Shown here piece after piece: positions 1 to 22,759 of a stretch of DNA of 56,425 nucleotides. The notes beneath the pieces are model-generated. The model was given only the letters and a program-made list of their open reading frames with translations. It made no database searches and had not been told where the DNA came from. Position 1 is the stretch's first letter. Each line of letters begins with the position of its first letter. The position numbers and the translations under genes are program-made. This stretch comes from Hydrurus foetidus (lineage: Eukaryota): assembly GCA_900617105.1 (NCBI GenBank), contig UYFQ01000209.1, positions 1 to 56,425 on the forward strand, read 5' to 3'.

Positions 1-803
1 AAACATCGTGGTGACTTACAACGCAAAACTTCGTTAGAATTCCTTGTCAAATGGTTAGGTTATGCCGATGAACACAATTCATGGACATCCTATGCCAATC
101 TTCGTGATACCGAAAAATTACACGAATACTTGACATCTAACAATCTTCAACGTTTAATACCTAGAAAGTTTACGAACGTTGTAGATACAAATATATAATA
201 CTAAACAATATCCATGATGGATTTCAACTCTATTTTTTGTTTGTTGTCGGTCAACATTCTTTTTGGGAGTTTTTAGTCAGTAAGAGTCTGACATAATTGT
301 TTAGATATTATACCCCGACTCTAAGGAGTGCCGCCGATGAAAATCGTGTCGACAACATTTTGATTTTCATATCCACACATACTACCAAATCTTTGACGAT
401 AGATAGGCGTATGGGATCCCTGAATAATTTGAAGTGGCACCTTTTTCAAATGAGCTATACGTTACCACATGTATTTCCACTCATATTCATTTTCTTTCAC
501 TTAACTTAAATTTTAAGGAGGAAGGAGTAGTGTAGCCTAGCACGTACGTTCACCGTACACTTTATATACGTTTGTATATATTCACGTATGTATATAATTC
601 ACGCACCCATAGTCTATTTTCATCCACATCAACTGTCCACCGGTAACGGACGCTCATCAGCATCAGCACCCTTGTAGCCTATCGTTTGTGTCTGTTGTTA
701 GCTGCTTGCTCGCTTCTTTCACAAACTGTAACTAACCTAACAGTTTACTCCAGCATACCGTCTTTACCCGGATTCTTCGTACTCGAATCCGGCCGCGACT
801 ACA
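1..803 (+). mobile_element. 3' end of a chromodomain-bearing Ty3/Gypsy LTR retrotransposon (chromovirus-like): pol C-terminus, 3' UTR, polypurine tract and 3' LTR
   Basis: Frame +1, bases 1-198, reads KHRGDLQRKTSLEFLVKWLGYADEHNSWTSYANLRD...NI*, a classic chromodomain (FLVKWxGY...NSW...NL). The purine tract AAGGAGGAAGGAGTAG (515-530) directly precedes TGTAG at 531, and the inverse CTACA lies at 799-803. Confidence 0.85.
531..803 (+). repeat. 3' LTR (about 273 bp) of the Gypsy element
   Basis: TGTAG...CTACA terminal inverted repeat immediately after the PPT, with an internal hairpin CCGGATTC...GAATCCGG (about 768-792). The 5' LTR is outside the window, so the right boundary is inferred. Confidence 0.7.
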
Positions 804-1080
804 GCTGTTCGATATTTACAAATAACTGAAAATCGGACAGAAAGGAGTCCTATGTCACGGGAAATCCGCAAACAAAGGGACGGCGACGGTATAGACACGA
901 ATTCGGGTAATATTCAAGCCGCTTCCTGTATACTCTTATCCGGAATGATGATCCTTTAGATTTTAATCTCCACCAATTGAAGTAAGAATTGCTTCATATC
1001 AGATCAATAATCTTTCCAACCCTTGCATCTACCTCATTAGAGTTCTATCACTTGAAGTACGGGAACGTGGACTCAAGAAA

Positions 1081-4000
1081 ATGGCATTTGGAATGTTATT
1101 TCCAACACTTTTGCTGCTCCTTGGAGACTTGGGAACTCTGGCATTGCTTGCAACTCCACAACTCAACTTCAGACCAATATTTGGGCGAAAAATGTTAGGC
1201 AGCATCAGAATCCATTCTCCAACTTCACCATTTACAACATTCAGATCGACCGTATCTTCTACCAAACAACATTTAGCAGCTGATCAAACGTCCGAGTCCG
1301 TGGAAGCTTCGAGCGGTGTTAACTACTATACTATCGACTCATCTGATCAGGCTGTCGGATTTGGCGACTTCTCCCTGATCGCTTCTCAAGAAGAGACAGG
1401 TAGACAATTTGCTCAATTTGAAAGTCTTGGAAAAGAAGGTGGTCCTAAGGATGGTGACGTTGTGTGGATAAGAGGACGTGTTTCGAGCGTTAGAGCGAAA
1501 GGAAATGCATGCTTCATGGTGATCCGATCTGGAGCATTTAACACAGTCCAAGCTTGTCACTTCAAGGATAAGGAGAATCCTGACGAGTCGAAGAAGATGA
1601 TTAAATACGTGGGAGGTTTGACGCTAGAGAGCATAGTAGACATTATGGGAGTAGTAGTGGCAGCAGATGTCAAATCTTGCTCAGTCAGTAATGTCGAACT
1701 GCAAATAAAGAGAATATATACGGTGCGTATCACTTTTGTGAATTGCCTTGTCCTGAATCATTTACATACATCACATTATTGAGAAATATTCTTTTTTAAA
1801 ATTTTCACAATTCTGTTATCTGCACTTCTACTTTATTGAACTCCTTCACACTTGTTTATTTTTGTATGGGACTCAGTAATTGTAAAGCGAGTCTATTGTA
1901 ATAGAATTGTTTCTGCGTTTATATATTCTTAGTCTTAAGAATCGATGGTTTGAAAGATGCTCTAGGTGTAATTCATTACACTGTTATTGACTGATAGTAA
2001 TTGCCATCTTGATCACTTCTTGCAATGCTGTATCCACTGTCTTCCGTATGATGGAGATGTTAACGCATCGGCTGCGCTACGTTCCTCATCCTCACTCACT
2101 CGTTCACATCCCATCTATTCGCATTATTCGTCTGTATCTAAACCTATTCCCATACCTTGTCTTCATCTCTCTATCTCTGCGTCTCTCTCTCTGTCTATCA
2201 CCGTACAGAATATCACCATTCCTCTCCGACCCACTCCCCTACCCTTTCACGCACACTCATACTCACTCCCCTACCCCTTTCCTCCACTCCACTCCCAGGT
2301 GTCACGCACTCCCGCCTCTCTTCCCTTCCTGCTGGAAGATGCAGCCAGGTCACAGGCAGACATCGATGCGTCCCTCTCTACGGACAGACCCTTCCCCGCT
2401 GTCGCTCAGGTGCGCTTCAGATTATTAGATGCGCATTCAGATAATTTAATTGCCCTTAGAATTTAGGATTTTTTCCTCTTCAATATATGTTTATTTTTCT
2501 CTCAAAAATTCATTATATCTGTTTAATTTTTTTTCATAAATTGATGTGATCTGGTACCGGTTTACCGTTATTCAATTATTTCAGTAATTTCAGTTTGTAA
2601 AAATAGTAATTGAGTAATTTGTAGTACGTGGTAACATGATGACATGGAGTGCCAGGATTTAAGCCTTCTGATCCCATTCAATATTTGAAATTAAACTGCT
2701 TTATTTATTCTAGGCAATAAAATATTATGTGATATGTTAATATGACATTTAAGCGAAGAGAATATGTGTTTACCATTGTAAATTAAATGCAAAAGTAATC
2801 TTTTTGCCTTTTCTGTGACGCATGCACCACATGATCTCTTATCTTACCTCATCTTGTCTTATCTTACCTCATCTTGTCTTATCTTACCTCATCTTGTCTT
2901 ATCTTACCTCATCTTGTCTTATCTTACCTCATCTTGTCTTATCTTACCTCATCTTGTCTTATCTTACCTCATCTTGTCTTATCTTACCTCATCTTGTCTT
3001 ATCTTACCTCATCTTGTCTTATCTTACCTCATCTTGTCTTATCTTACCTCATCTTGTCTTATTTCATCTTGTCTTATCTATTCTTATTACTTGTCTTATC
3101 TTTGTCTTATCTTGTCTTATCTTACTCCTTATCTTGTCTTATCTTACCATCATCTTGTCTTATCTTACCTCTATCTTTGTCGACGATCTTATCTTTGTCT
3201 TTTATTCTTACCTCATCTTGTCTTTATCTTAATTTCATCTTGTCTTTATCTTTACTCTTATCTTTGTCTTATCTTATCATCTGTCTTTATCTTACCTCAT
3301 CTTGTCTTATCTTACCTCATCTTGTCTTTATCTTACCTCATCTTGTCTTTATCTTTCCTCATTCTGTCTCTATCTCATCTCATCTTATCTTTTCATCTTG
3401 TCTTATTACCTCATCTTGTCTTATCTCACCTCATCTTGTCTTATCTTACCTCATCTTGTCTTATCTTACCTCATCTTGTCTTATCTTACCTCATCTTGTC
3501 TTATCTTACCTCATCTCTCTTGTCTTATCTTACCTCATCTTGTCTTATCTTACCTCATCTTGTCTTATCTTACCTCATCTTGTCTTATCTTACCTCATCT
3601 TGTCTTATCTTACCTCATCTTGTCTTATCTTACCTCATCTTGTCTTATCTTACCTCATCTTGTCTTATCTTACCTCATCTTGTCTTATCTTACCTCATCT
3701 TGTCTTATCTTACCTCATCTTATCTTTCTTTATCTTGTCTTATCTTACCTCATCTTGTCTTATCTTACCTCATCTTGTCTTATCTTACCTCATCTTGTCT
3801 TATCTTACCTCATCTTGTCTTATCTTACCTCATCTTGTCTTATCTTACCTCATCTTGTCTTATCTTACCTCATCCTGTCTTATCTTACCTCATCTTGTCT
3901 TATCTTACCTCATCCTGTCTTATATTTTCTTTCGGATTGCCCAGGACACCAGGCTTAACAACAGATGGTTGGACTTACGCATACCTTCCAACAATGCGAT

Positions 4001-7000
4001 CATGAGAGTGAGAAGTGGCGTGTCTTATCTGTTCAGAGAATCCCTACACAATCAAGGTGAGTAACGAGTGAGTGTCTTTTTCTCTTCTTTTCACTGTTTT
4101 TTTCTTCTTCTTTTTTCTCTTTCAATCTCTATTTTATTTCGCGTTTTTTACCACTTTAATTTTACGTCTTATCGACACTCTAACTTTTTTTTGTTGAATT
4201 CTTTACGGCTTACTTTACACGTTTGTGCGCGATTCGGTTTATTTCATAAACAGTTTGTTCCACCCTCACTCACTTACTTACTTACTTACTCACTTACTTA
4301 CTTACTTACTTACTAACTTATTTACTTACTCACTTACTTACTTACTTATTTACTTACTTACTTGTTATTTATCTACTTATGATTCTTATTATTTACGATG
4401 CTTGTTGCCTTGATGCTTACTTTCATTTGCGCCTTATTTAATTTTGCTTCTCCACTTACTGCTTGATTTATTTCTACTCCCCTTACTTACGCATCTTCTC
4501 TTCACTGTTACTGCCTACTTACTACTTACCTTACTTACTCCACCACTTCACTTCACTTCACTTACGTCACCACATCACCACCTTACCACCATATTACATT
4601 TCACCTTACCACTTCTACTTATTCTCTGCCTACTCACGCACTTACTCACTTACTTACTCACTTACTTACTTACTTACTTACTAACTTACTCACGCACTTA
4701 CTTACTAACTTACTTACTTTTTATCTCACTCTCTGACTTCTCTACTTACTCCCTCTATTTAATCTACCAGGTTTTATCGAGATTAACACACCAAAGTTGA
4801 TAGCTGGTGAGGAAGCCTAAACTACAGTAACGCGCACCGATTTTACAAATCATAATCTGCAGTGATATTTAGTCATAGGAACATACGTAGCTGTGATGGA
4901 ATATTCTGTATATGACTCTGAATAGAATGTGTTCAGCATTTTAAAATAAGAATCCTAGACTCATAGCTTGGATAGGTTGTGGTGGAGTGGATGAGAACTG
5001 CTCATTTCACAGTGCGTAACACAGCGCCCTTCATGCCCATTTGAATCTCCTTGCCTGCCTTCTCTATGCTACCATTTGCCACCTCTCTCCCCTCTCTCCT
5101 CTTCAATCCCCTTTCTCCAATCCAATCCCCTCTCCTCTCCCTCCTCTATTTCACCACACACCATTCACTTTCCCACACATCAGGTGAGAGTGAAGGCGGC
5201 TCTGACGTATTCCGTACAGACTACTTCGGCCAACCCGCCTGTCTCGCCCAGTCCCCCCAATTATACAAACAAATGGCGATATCAGCAGATATGGATAGAG
5301 TGTATGAAATAGGGCCCGTGTTTAGAGCGGAGAATAGCAACACGAGAAGACACTTGTGCGAGTTCACAGGACTGGATCTTGAAATGGCCATTAAAGGTGT
5401 CCATTCTTCAACTTCAAATATTTTCAGAAATTTTTATCCAAAGAATACACTCTCTTTTGTCCGTTCTTTTTTATTTTATGGGCTACTGTTATGACCGTAT
5501 TGTGAGTCAGACACGGATATCTTCATAGAAGGCACTCCCTCCACTCCCTCTCTATTGATCGCCGCATATCACCAAGATTGAGTAAAATGTCCGAAACAAA
5601 GAGCAAAAACAAGTTTGAGCACTGCTGAAATCACCATTTCATTTCCACCTTGGATTCGTTCATATTTATCGGACATTTTATTTTGTCCTGGTAATATTGG
5701 CCTATACAGTTCTACAGCACAATTACGCAATTGATGAGTTCAAATTAAATTCTTATGTTGATTACATTAATCGTCAATTCCATCAGAAGTGTTCCACTTG
5801 TTCATTAATTTATAATCTATTATTATCATTCTTGTTGTTGTCATTTATCTTCTCTATTCTGCTACCATCATTATTATTATTGTTATCATTATTATTATTA
5901 TTATAATTATTATCATCATCATTTTTGCTAATTTATTTCCTATGCGCTGTATTCAATCCGTCACACCATTTTTCACAGAGCATTACAACGAGGCTCTAGT
6001 GGTGCTGCACAATTTGTTCCGACACATATTCGAAGGACTGGAGGTGAAATACGCAAAAGAATTAGCAGTCATCAGGTACGATTGTAATGTCACTGAAAAG
6101 TAGGAAGAGAATAGAATCGAGGAGAAGAGAGAAGAAAAGATAAGGAAAGAAACGAGAAGAAATGAAATGAAACGAAAAGAGGTTGAAAAGGAAAAGAGAG
6201 AATGGAGGAATGAACGATTATGAAAGTAGCCAGTGGATCAACAAATAGATCACCGTATCCTCATCCTCTTTCCTTAGAATCCTCCTCTAACTCTCCTTCC
6301 CCCTCTCTCTCCTTTTCCCTCTCCTCTCCCTGATCCTTCCTCCCTCCTCTCTCTTCCACCCTTCCGTCTTTCCCCACTCTCTCTCCCCTCCCTCCTCCAC
6401 CCTCTCATTCTCCCTCCTCCCTCCTTCCCCCCCTCCAGAGCTCAGTACCCATCAGAGCCCGTTCAGTTCACAGACCTTCCCCTGATCATCCACTGGAAAG
6501 AAGGCATGCAGATGCTAAAAGATGCGGGACATGAGGTGAGAACGAAGTGGCGTATGCGGCAGTTGATGTAGTGAGCGATGTAGTGAAGGAGTATATAATT
6601 CTCTTCTATCACTAAATTGACTCATCGGTTTCGCTTTATCGTATACAGGTGGACGAGCTTGGTGATCTCAGTTCATCAGTGGAACTATCTTTAGGGCAAC
6701 TCGTAAAGGAAAAATACAATGCCGACTTCTTCATCCTCGATCAGTACCCTTCAGCCATTCGCCCCTTCTACACCATGCCCAGTCCAACCGATCCGCTTTA
6801 CTCAAATAGGTAGGTTATCGCACGCACGTCCGTACACACTTGCGTGTATGTGTGTGTGTGCATGTGTGTATACTTATCATTTGATGTCTGTTTTACGATG
6901 TTCATAATCTAGTGCCAACTCTGGTTACATTCACCCGCACATTCTCACGCCCTCAGTTATTCGTTTGCTCTCATGACTTCAATCGAACATCATTGGTCAC

Positions 7001-8212
7001 TCTTACCGCAGCACCATCATTTTTACATTCTCACTCAGCACCATTCTCAGCTTCCGCTTAGCTTATGTACTGCATTGTATATAATTAAATTTTCAAGCGC
7101 CACTCCCTCCCAACGCATTTCATTTTATTGTTTTTATAACACACCAATATTATCTCCACTCATGTAACACATAGTTATGATTTATTCATTCGTGGACAAG
7201 AAATCTGTTCAGGCGCACAAAGGTGCCACGATACGGTAAGTACTACACGTACGTTCACAAGCACGTGTGCACTTGCGTTTATACTCCTTCGTCTTTTTAT
7301 GAAATTTTTCTTAATTTCTCATCCTTAATTTTCCTCCTCCTCTCCCTACATTCGTTCGTATCTCTCACCCATATTCGATTTCATTGCTCAATCATTACTA
7401 TATCTAGTTTTTACTTTATTTGCACCCCTTGCTCAAACTTCAATTTTTTTCTCACATTCTACAATACTTAACTTCGAGTACATTGGACAATTTACGTCAT
7501 TTTTCTTACTTGACATCTTTTGTCTGCAGTAATTCTATCTCTATAAGTACCCAAATCATCATTATCCACATTGTCATCATCGTAGTTATTCCTTCTCTGA
7601 TTATGTGATCAGTTGGTCGATTTATCTCTGCATTATTTTCTTTCAAATCTTATCTTTTCTTCTTTCGTACTTTCCACACTGTCCCCCTTCTCCCTCGATT
7701 TCGCTCTCCTCTATCGTACATCACCATATTTAACACGACATAAAATGGTCTCTTTATCCCACCTTACTCCCTCCCCTCACTACCCCACCACACACAGACA
7801 ATGCTTGAAAATCGGATACTTGAGAAAGGTATGGAATTAGAGGGTCTTAAGTACTACATCGAATCTTTCAAGCATGGGGTGTCGCCTCATGCCGGAGCGG
7901 GTATAGGACTAGAAAGAGTCGTCTTCCTATATTTAGGTGCGGATTCAGATAAGATATCTTAGTTACTGGTTGAGAGTGTTGAGAGATTGTCCATGTGTTT
8001 GTTTTTATTTTGTTTATTAAGCTCTTGTCATATGATTTTAACTGACCTTATCGAGACGTCTACCCTCTGCAAAAGTTATTGACTTCAAATCTCATCTGTA
8101 CTCGGTATTTGCTAATCTGTGACTTCATTTTATTCTATTTTATCTTACAGGTCTTGATAACGTACGTAAAGCTTCGATGTTCCCCAGAGATCCAAACAGA
8201 ATCCAACCCTAA
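1081..8212 (+). CDS. DARS: Aspartyl-tRNA synthetase, eukaryotic/archaeal type, with N-terminal signal plus transit peptide (11 exons, about 576 aa)
   Basis: GT-AG exons 1081-1722, 2299-2409, 3945-4056, 4771-4806, 5184-5396, 5979-6075, 6439-6535, 6649-6809, 7175-7235, 7798-7936 and 8151-8212 join in frame. Motifs: OB-fold [44 protein letters not shown], motif 2 [33 protein letters not shown], motif 3 GAGIGLERV and MFPRDP. Confidence 0.95.
2836..3922 (+). repeat. Intronic 20-bp minisatellite (ATCTTACCTCATCTTGTCTT)n, roughly 50 units, built from four related pentamers
   Basis: Directly visible tandem array in AspRS intron 2. It is near-perfect at both ends and degenerate at about 3060-3420. Confidence 0.95.
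4266..4750 (+). repeat. Imperfect (TTAC)n/(CTCA) tetranucleotide repeats in AspRS intron 3
   Basis: Runs of cttacttacttact at about 4266-4380 and 4630-4750. Confidence 0.85.
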
Positions 8213-9335
8213 GAGGGAGAAAAAACAAAAAATAAGACACACACTAACTAAACTCACGTATGAAGAGACAGTCATATCAACATTTAAATATGGTACACTC
8301 TGAACACACACCGATAGTGCCACTACCATGAAAGTTAGACGGATTATTTAGTTTGATATTAATTTTCAGTATATTGGTAAAATAAAATACAGAATACAGA
8401 ATTTAAGATGAACAACTTGTGTACTCTATCGTTATCAGTCGCTTATCTAACAAAACGCAATGGCAAGACAAGAAACATGTAAGATAAATTGAAATTGAAA
8501 CTTCCGCTTTCTATTTAATTTGTCAAGGTATGGAGTCACGGAAGATGCGAACATGCACAGTTTTCACCCCGATTTCCGGTGATAAAAAATAAAAACGGTT
8601 GTGGCCCGTTGATACTGTTCCATCCCACCACGGATGATTTCACAGAAAATTAGAGTGCTGACGTGCTGATTGCATGTCGCCTCTTGGTGGCTGTGTTCGG
8701 TGCGGAGTACATTATGGCGTTGGATTGCACTGTCTGTTGTAGATCGCATTTCAGTCTTATATTCTCTCGTCCGAGGAACATTTGAAAGTAACAGGAATCA
8801 TCATATTCGAGTCAGTCGCTGATAAGATGTGACTACCTCATAGTCTCGGAGACTTGAGCAAGACGGGCGGAGAGAGCAGGACAGCTGAAGTGCCGTTGCG
8901 ATTGTTTGGGGGGGGGAGGAGGGTGCACTGTCGCAGTCGAAGAAAACATGGAAATACTATCTCGAGGTGTTCTTACTTTAGAATATGTTACATGGAAGAA
9001 GAATGGCGGCTGTCATTGTCGCGTGATTCAATGAGAACGCCTATTAGGCGGTGGGTTATCTATTACTGTTGCTTTAGCAATTGCGGGTACTTCACTTTCC
9101 CTGAATTGGAATTATGTGCTGGAGGGTTGTTGTATCGAACTTGTGACGAAGAGGATCTACAAATATTAGTGGTGGTGACATGAATTTAGACTGACACATA
9201 ATTGTTGTGCTCTCTCGCCGTAGATAGTTTCCCGCAAATGAATTCTCAGTTGAAAGTTTGCTGTGTTCCGATCTACTCTGATGCTGTTTCTTGTAAGAAC
9301 AATCTTTCCCATGGAAACTCTCGAAGATCTTGAAA

Positions 9336-9820
9336 TTACGAGCTGCCTGTTCCAAGTAGTTTAGCGCCGTAAAAAGCAACAAGATCTATTGTCTGATAAA
9401 GAATTACGCCTGATAGGAAAACTGTTATCCAGTCCTGAGGGTCAGTGATGCTAAGATTGAAAGGTCCTTTTTTCTTTGGCTCCTCTTCAGACGAGACTAC
9501 TTCTTTGGCTGTTGGAACGTCTACTGCGACATTGTCTTTGATGTCCATTGCCATGGGAGACACGACATCTTCCACGTGACACAGATGATGGGGGGTTAAA
9601 TTAGAGATAAGGCGTGTCAGATAGACGACTCTAGTTCGGGTAGTTTACCTTCCGGGAACATATGTGTGCTAACCGATGCTCTAGAGAGTTTTCCATCACA
9701 AACGCTTTGAAAGGTTGGTGCTAGATTTGCAATTGTTCTTCTGCTACTTAACTGAAAAGACTGTGCCACGGCGAGAAGCAACATCAATATCATGACGTTC
9801 ATTGCGGACGATGCGTGCAT
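9336..9820 (-). CDS. Small hypothetical plastid-targeted protein with a C-terminal hydrophobic segment (2 exons)
   Basis: Exon 9820-9649 encodes a signal peptide MNVMILMLLLAVAQS-F (ASAFAP-like, Phe at +1) and an S/R-rich transit peptide. An 80-nt GT-AG intron (9648-9569) joins in frame to exon 9568-9336 (...DPQDWITVFLSGVILYQTIDLVAFYGAKLLG). The start could instead be 9802. Confidence 0.65.
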
Positions 9821-10644
9821 TTTCGATAGAAACTTTTGAAGAGTCGAGCTTTCTTCTTGTTTCCAGTTGCTTCTGCAGGCTCCAACGCTTATTGGAACGT
9901 GTGATGTGTGCTTCACGTGACACTTCGCTTCTAGCTTCGAGTCATACGCTGTCCCATTGGAGCGTATCTTCGATGTCGAAGTTCTTGCTCGCTGGACCCC
10001 CCTGATTTGGTTGTTGAAGTCCGATTGTAAATCCTAACGTACGCAAATAATGTACATGTGTACGTACCTACTGTAAACGAATTCGACTCTACGTAGTCGC
10101 CGTACGGTACTGTAGTTCTCATTGCACAGTGAGTCTGGGGATTGATTTGATTCATCGGTATGCTAGAGTTAATTTACAAGATATCACATACAGAACCATT
10201 CAGCTCTCTTCGCACAAATGCACAAAAAATGTAGGAGAGCTTTTATCCGTTCGGAATAACCTTCAATTGTGGTATTCAGATTGGTTTTTTCTTTTTTGAA
10301 ATAGAAACCCATAAAATAATCAACCCACAGGGAAATGATGTAGGAGAAGCTACCCTCAATAAATGTGCAATATCGTCATTTCCGTCTGACGTCACAAAAA
10401 AGAACTAAATTCCAACCCGTTTCTCTTAAATCAAATTTCAAGAAGAGCAATATCAAATTTTGATACTGTGAGTCATTAATTGTGCTGACGTATGTGTGAG
10501 GCGTCATTGAACGATCGCTGTAACAATTAACGATGCATACCCCATCGGAACCTTTCTTAATCGTGTTGAGATGTATCAGTAAAAACAGAAAATAAGATTT
10601 TCCAAATTTAATTTAAATTCAAATGAATGAATGCCATTAGAGTA

Positions 10645-10781
10645 GAGTGTTTTTGCAAACCCCATTTCGCACTTCTCGCACCACACGCGGATTGAGGAGC
10701 GTGCAGTAACGGTGAATTTGAGTGCGTATACGACAAGTAGTGCTGCGAAAAGTGGTCCAAATCGGGTTTGCAAAAACACTC
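10645..10781. mobile_element. MITE, 137 bp, GAGTG-ended, TA target-site duplication
   Basis: TA|GAGTGTTTTTGCAAACCC (10643-10662) and GGGTTTGCAAAAACACTC|TA (10764-10783) form a perfect 18-bp TIR that extends imperfectly to about 38 bp. Confidence 0.8.
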
Positions 10782-11849
10782 TATTTACAAAAGCATTTGG
10801 AATGGCGTAATACTCGCATAGAATTCCAGATAAATGATAAATGAAAAAAGAGATTCACCGTCCCTAAATTTTGCAGTTGCATAGAGTAGCAGAGGGGACA
10901 ATACGATAAATCTAAATAATTCTAAAAATACGAAATAAACTATAGTTTAACTGATGTCTTGTCAGTGTTCAATATCACTAACAATGATAATGATAATAAT
11001 GAAATTTAAGCTAACAATGACAATTTCTAATGATGATTATAAAATAATGCGGAAAATAATAATGAATTTTAATGATAATAATCATTAAAAATAAAGAAGG
11101 CAATAGAAATGGTGGTTTATTGTACTCCCGTAAATAATCTAATCTGAAACAGCATCTAATCCTAAAGATTATAGCGATTGATATAATGTTGTAGGAGAGG
11201 TAAGGAGACAATTTCACAGAAAGTAATTATGTTAGACTCACTCTACTGATTTATGATGTGAATGTTCTTGCATCAAACTACGCTTACAACGGCCTATCGA
11301 TTATTTTGTTTTTCCGCATTATTAAGCGTATCATCTCATATCAACTTAATTAGCTTCTTCTTTTCTCTTTTTATCATGCGCTTTTTTTCATTTTCTCTGC
11401 AAGGCATATTTATGACAATGCAACTCTCTGATTGCTCATGCAGTGAAGTAGAATAGATCATTTCTGATAATTTTGGAATATTCTATCCTATTTCCTTTCT
11501 CTCTAGTTTTACCATCTCACTCTAATTGATTCTTGCCCCCTTTTCTTCCCGTCCCTAATAATGACCCCGTTAAATCGCTATCTGCTGTATCCCACACTAT
11601 TTCTTGCTACGCTATCTCCTTGACCTCCATTTTTGTGTACATGTAAGATTCCAATCTATCCAACACCGCATTGCTCTACCTTACTGTAAATCTGGAAAGA
11701 ATAGATAAACCACAACCCGTCCGCTCTCCCTCCACTGTATACACACATTATTTCGTTCACATAGTATCCAAGACAAATTATAACATTGAAAGTAAAGTAG
11801 AGAAAAATAAAATCAAAATGAAATCTTCACTTCTCTCTCTAAAACTTTC

Positions 11850-22041
<10,192 letters not shown>

Positions 22042-22759
22042 TCACCTCGTTCGAATAGTACGTCACTTCTACGAGAGCTTCTCAATTGTCGTTTAATGCC
22101 TTGCATCAAAACTGCGAGAATCATTCTCGAGAGCCACTAGAGTTGTTCAGATGCGTTGGGAAAGTCTCATCATAAACTTGAGACGCATGCATGAAAATCA
22201 ATTTACAGTGCTGTCAAAATTCAAATTCTAGGAGTGGAGTTTCCGGCCAGCAGAAGTGTCGCACACGCAAACACGACGTTTCGCTTTTTCTGTCAAATTT
22301 TGAGAGTGGCTCACATCGTAACTCTCACTTCTCGAATCCCGCTTACCAACCGCGCTCTGGTGGAGTGTGGTGTCAAAAGTGATGCGTTTCAATGTCAACC
22401 ATATTTTAAATTATTGTTACAGGCAGTCTTCTATCTCCATTCTTCTGTTCTTCTGTACTAAACGTGTGACAATACAATTCAAAATAGAAAATAGAAAACA
22501 GGCACTTCCCTTACCAACAGATGATGGTCAACGAATATGTACAAACCGTATCTACGCTACTGGAGACTTCTTATTTACAATCTGTATTCATACGATACGT
22601 CCTGCCTCATACCATGTCACACGGCTAATCTGCTTGTGAATCAAATCAACATTCTTCCCTATTCTTTTTCGTAGTTCTCTTTTTCTTGGACCTTCTTTTC
22701 TCATCCCACCACCTTCGTTTCTTTTTCCTCCTCCACATAAAAATTAAAGATTGCATGCT

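Noticed and set aside
2563..2625. Short imperfect inverted repeat in AspRS intron 2 as a tiny MITE
   Set aside because: Only about 13 AT-rich bases with mismatches, which is compatible with chance.
2836..3922. Possible CRISPR-like array
   Set aside because: Head-to-tail repeats with no unique spacers, in a eukaryotic intron, with no cas genes.
2815..4064. 396-aa, 396-aa, 218-aa and 136-aa Leu/Ser-rich ORFs
   Set aside because: They are translations of the stop-free 20-bp intronic minisatellite. Only 3945-4056 is a real AspRS exon.
8564..9382. Short ORFs between AspRS and the plastid-protein gene
   Set aside because: No motifs or convincing splice structure; likely the 3' UTRs or spacer of two convergent genes.
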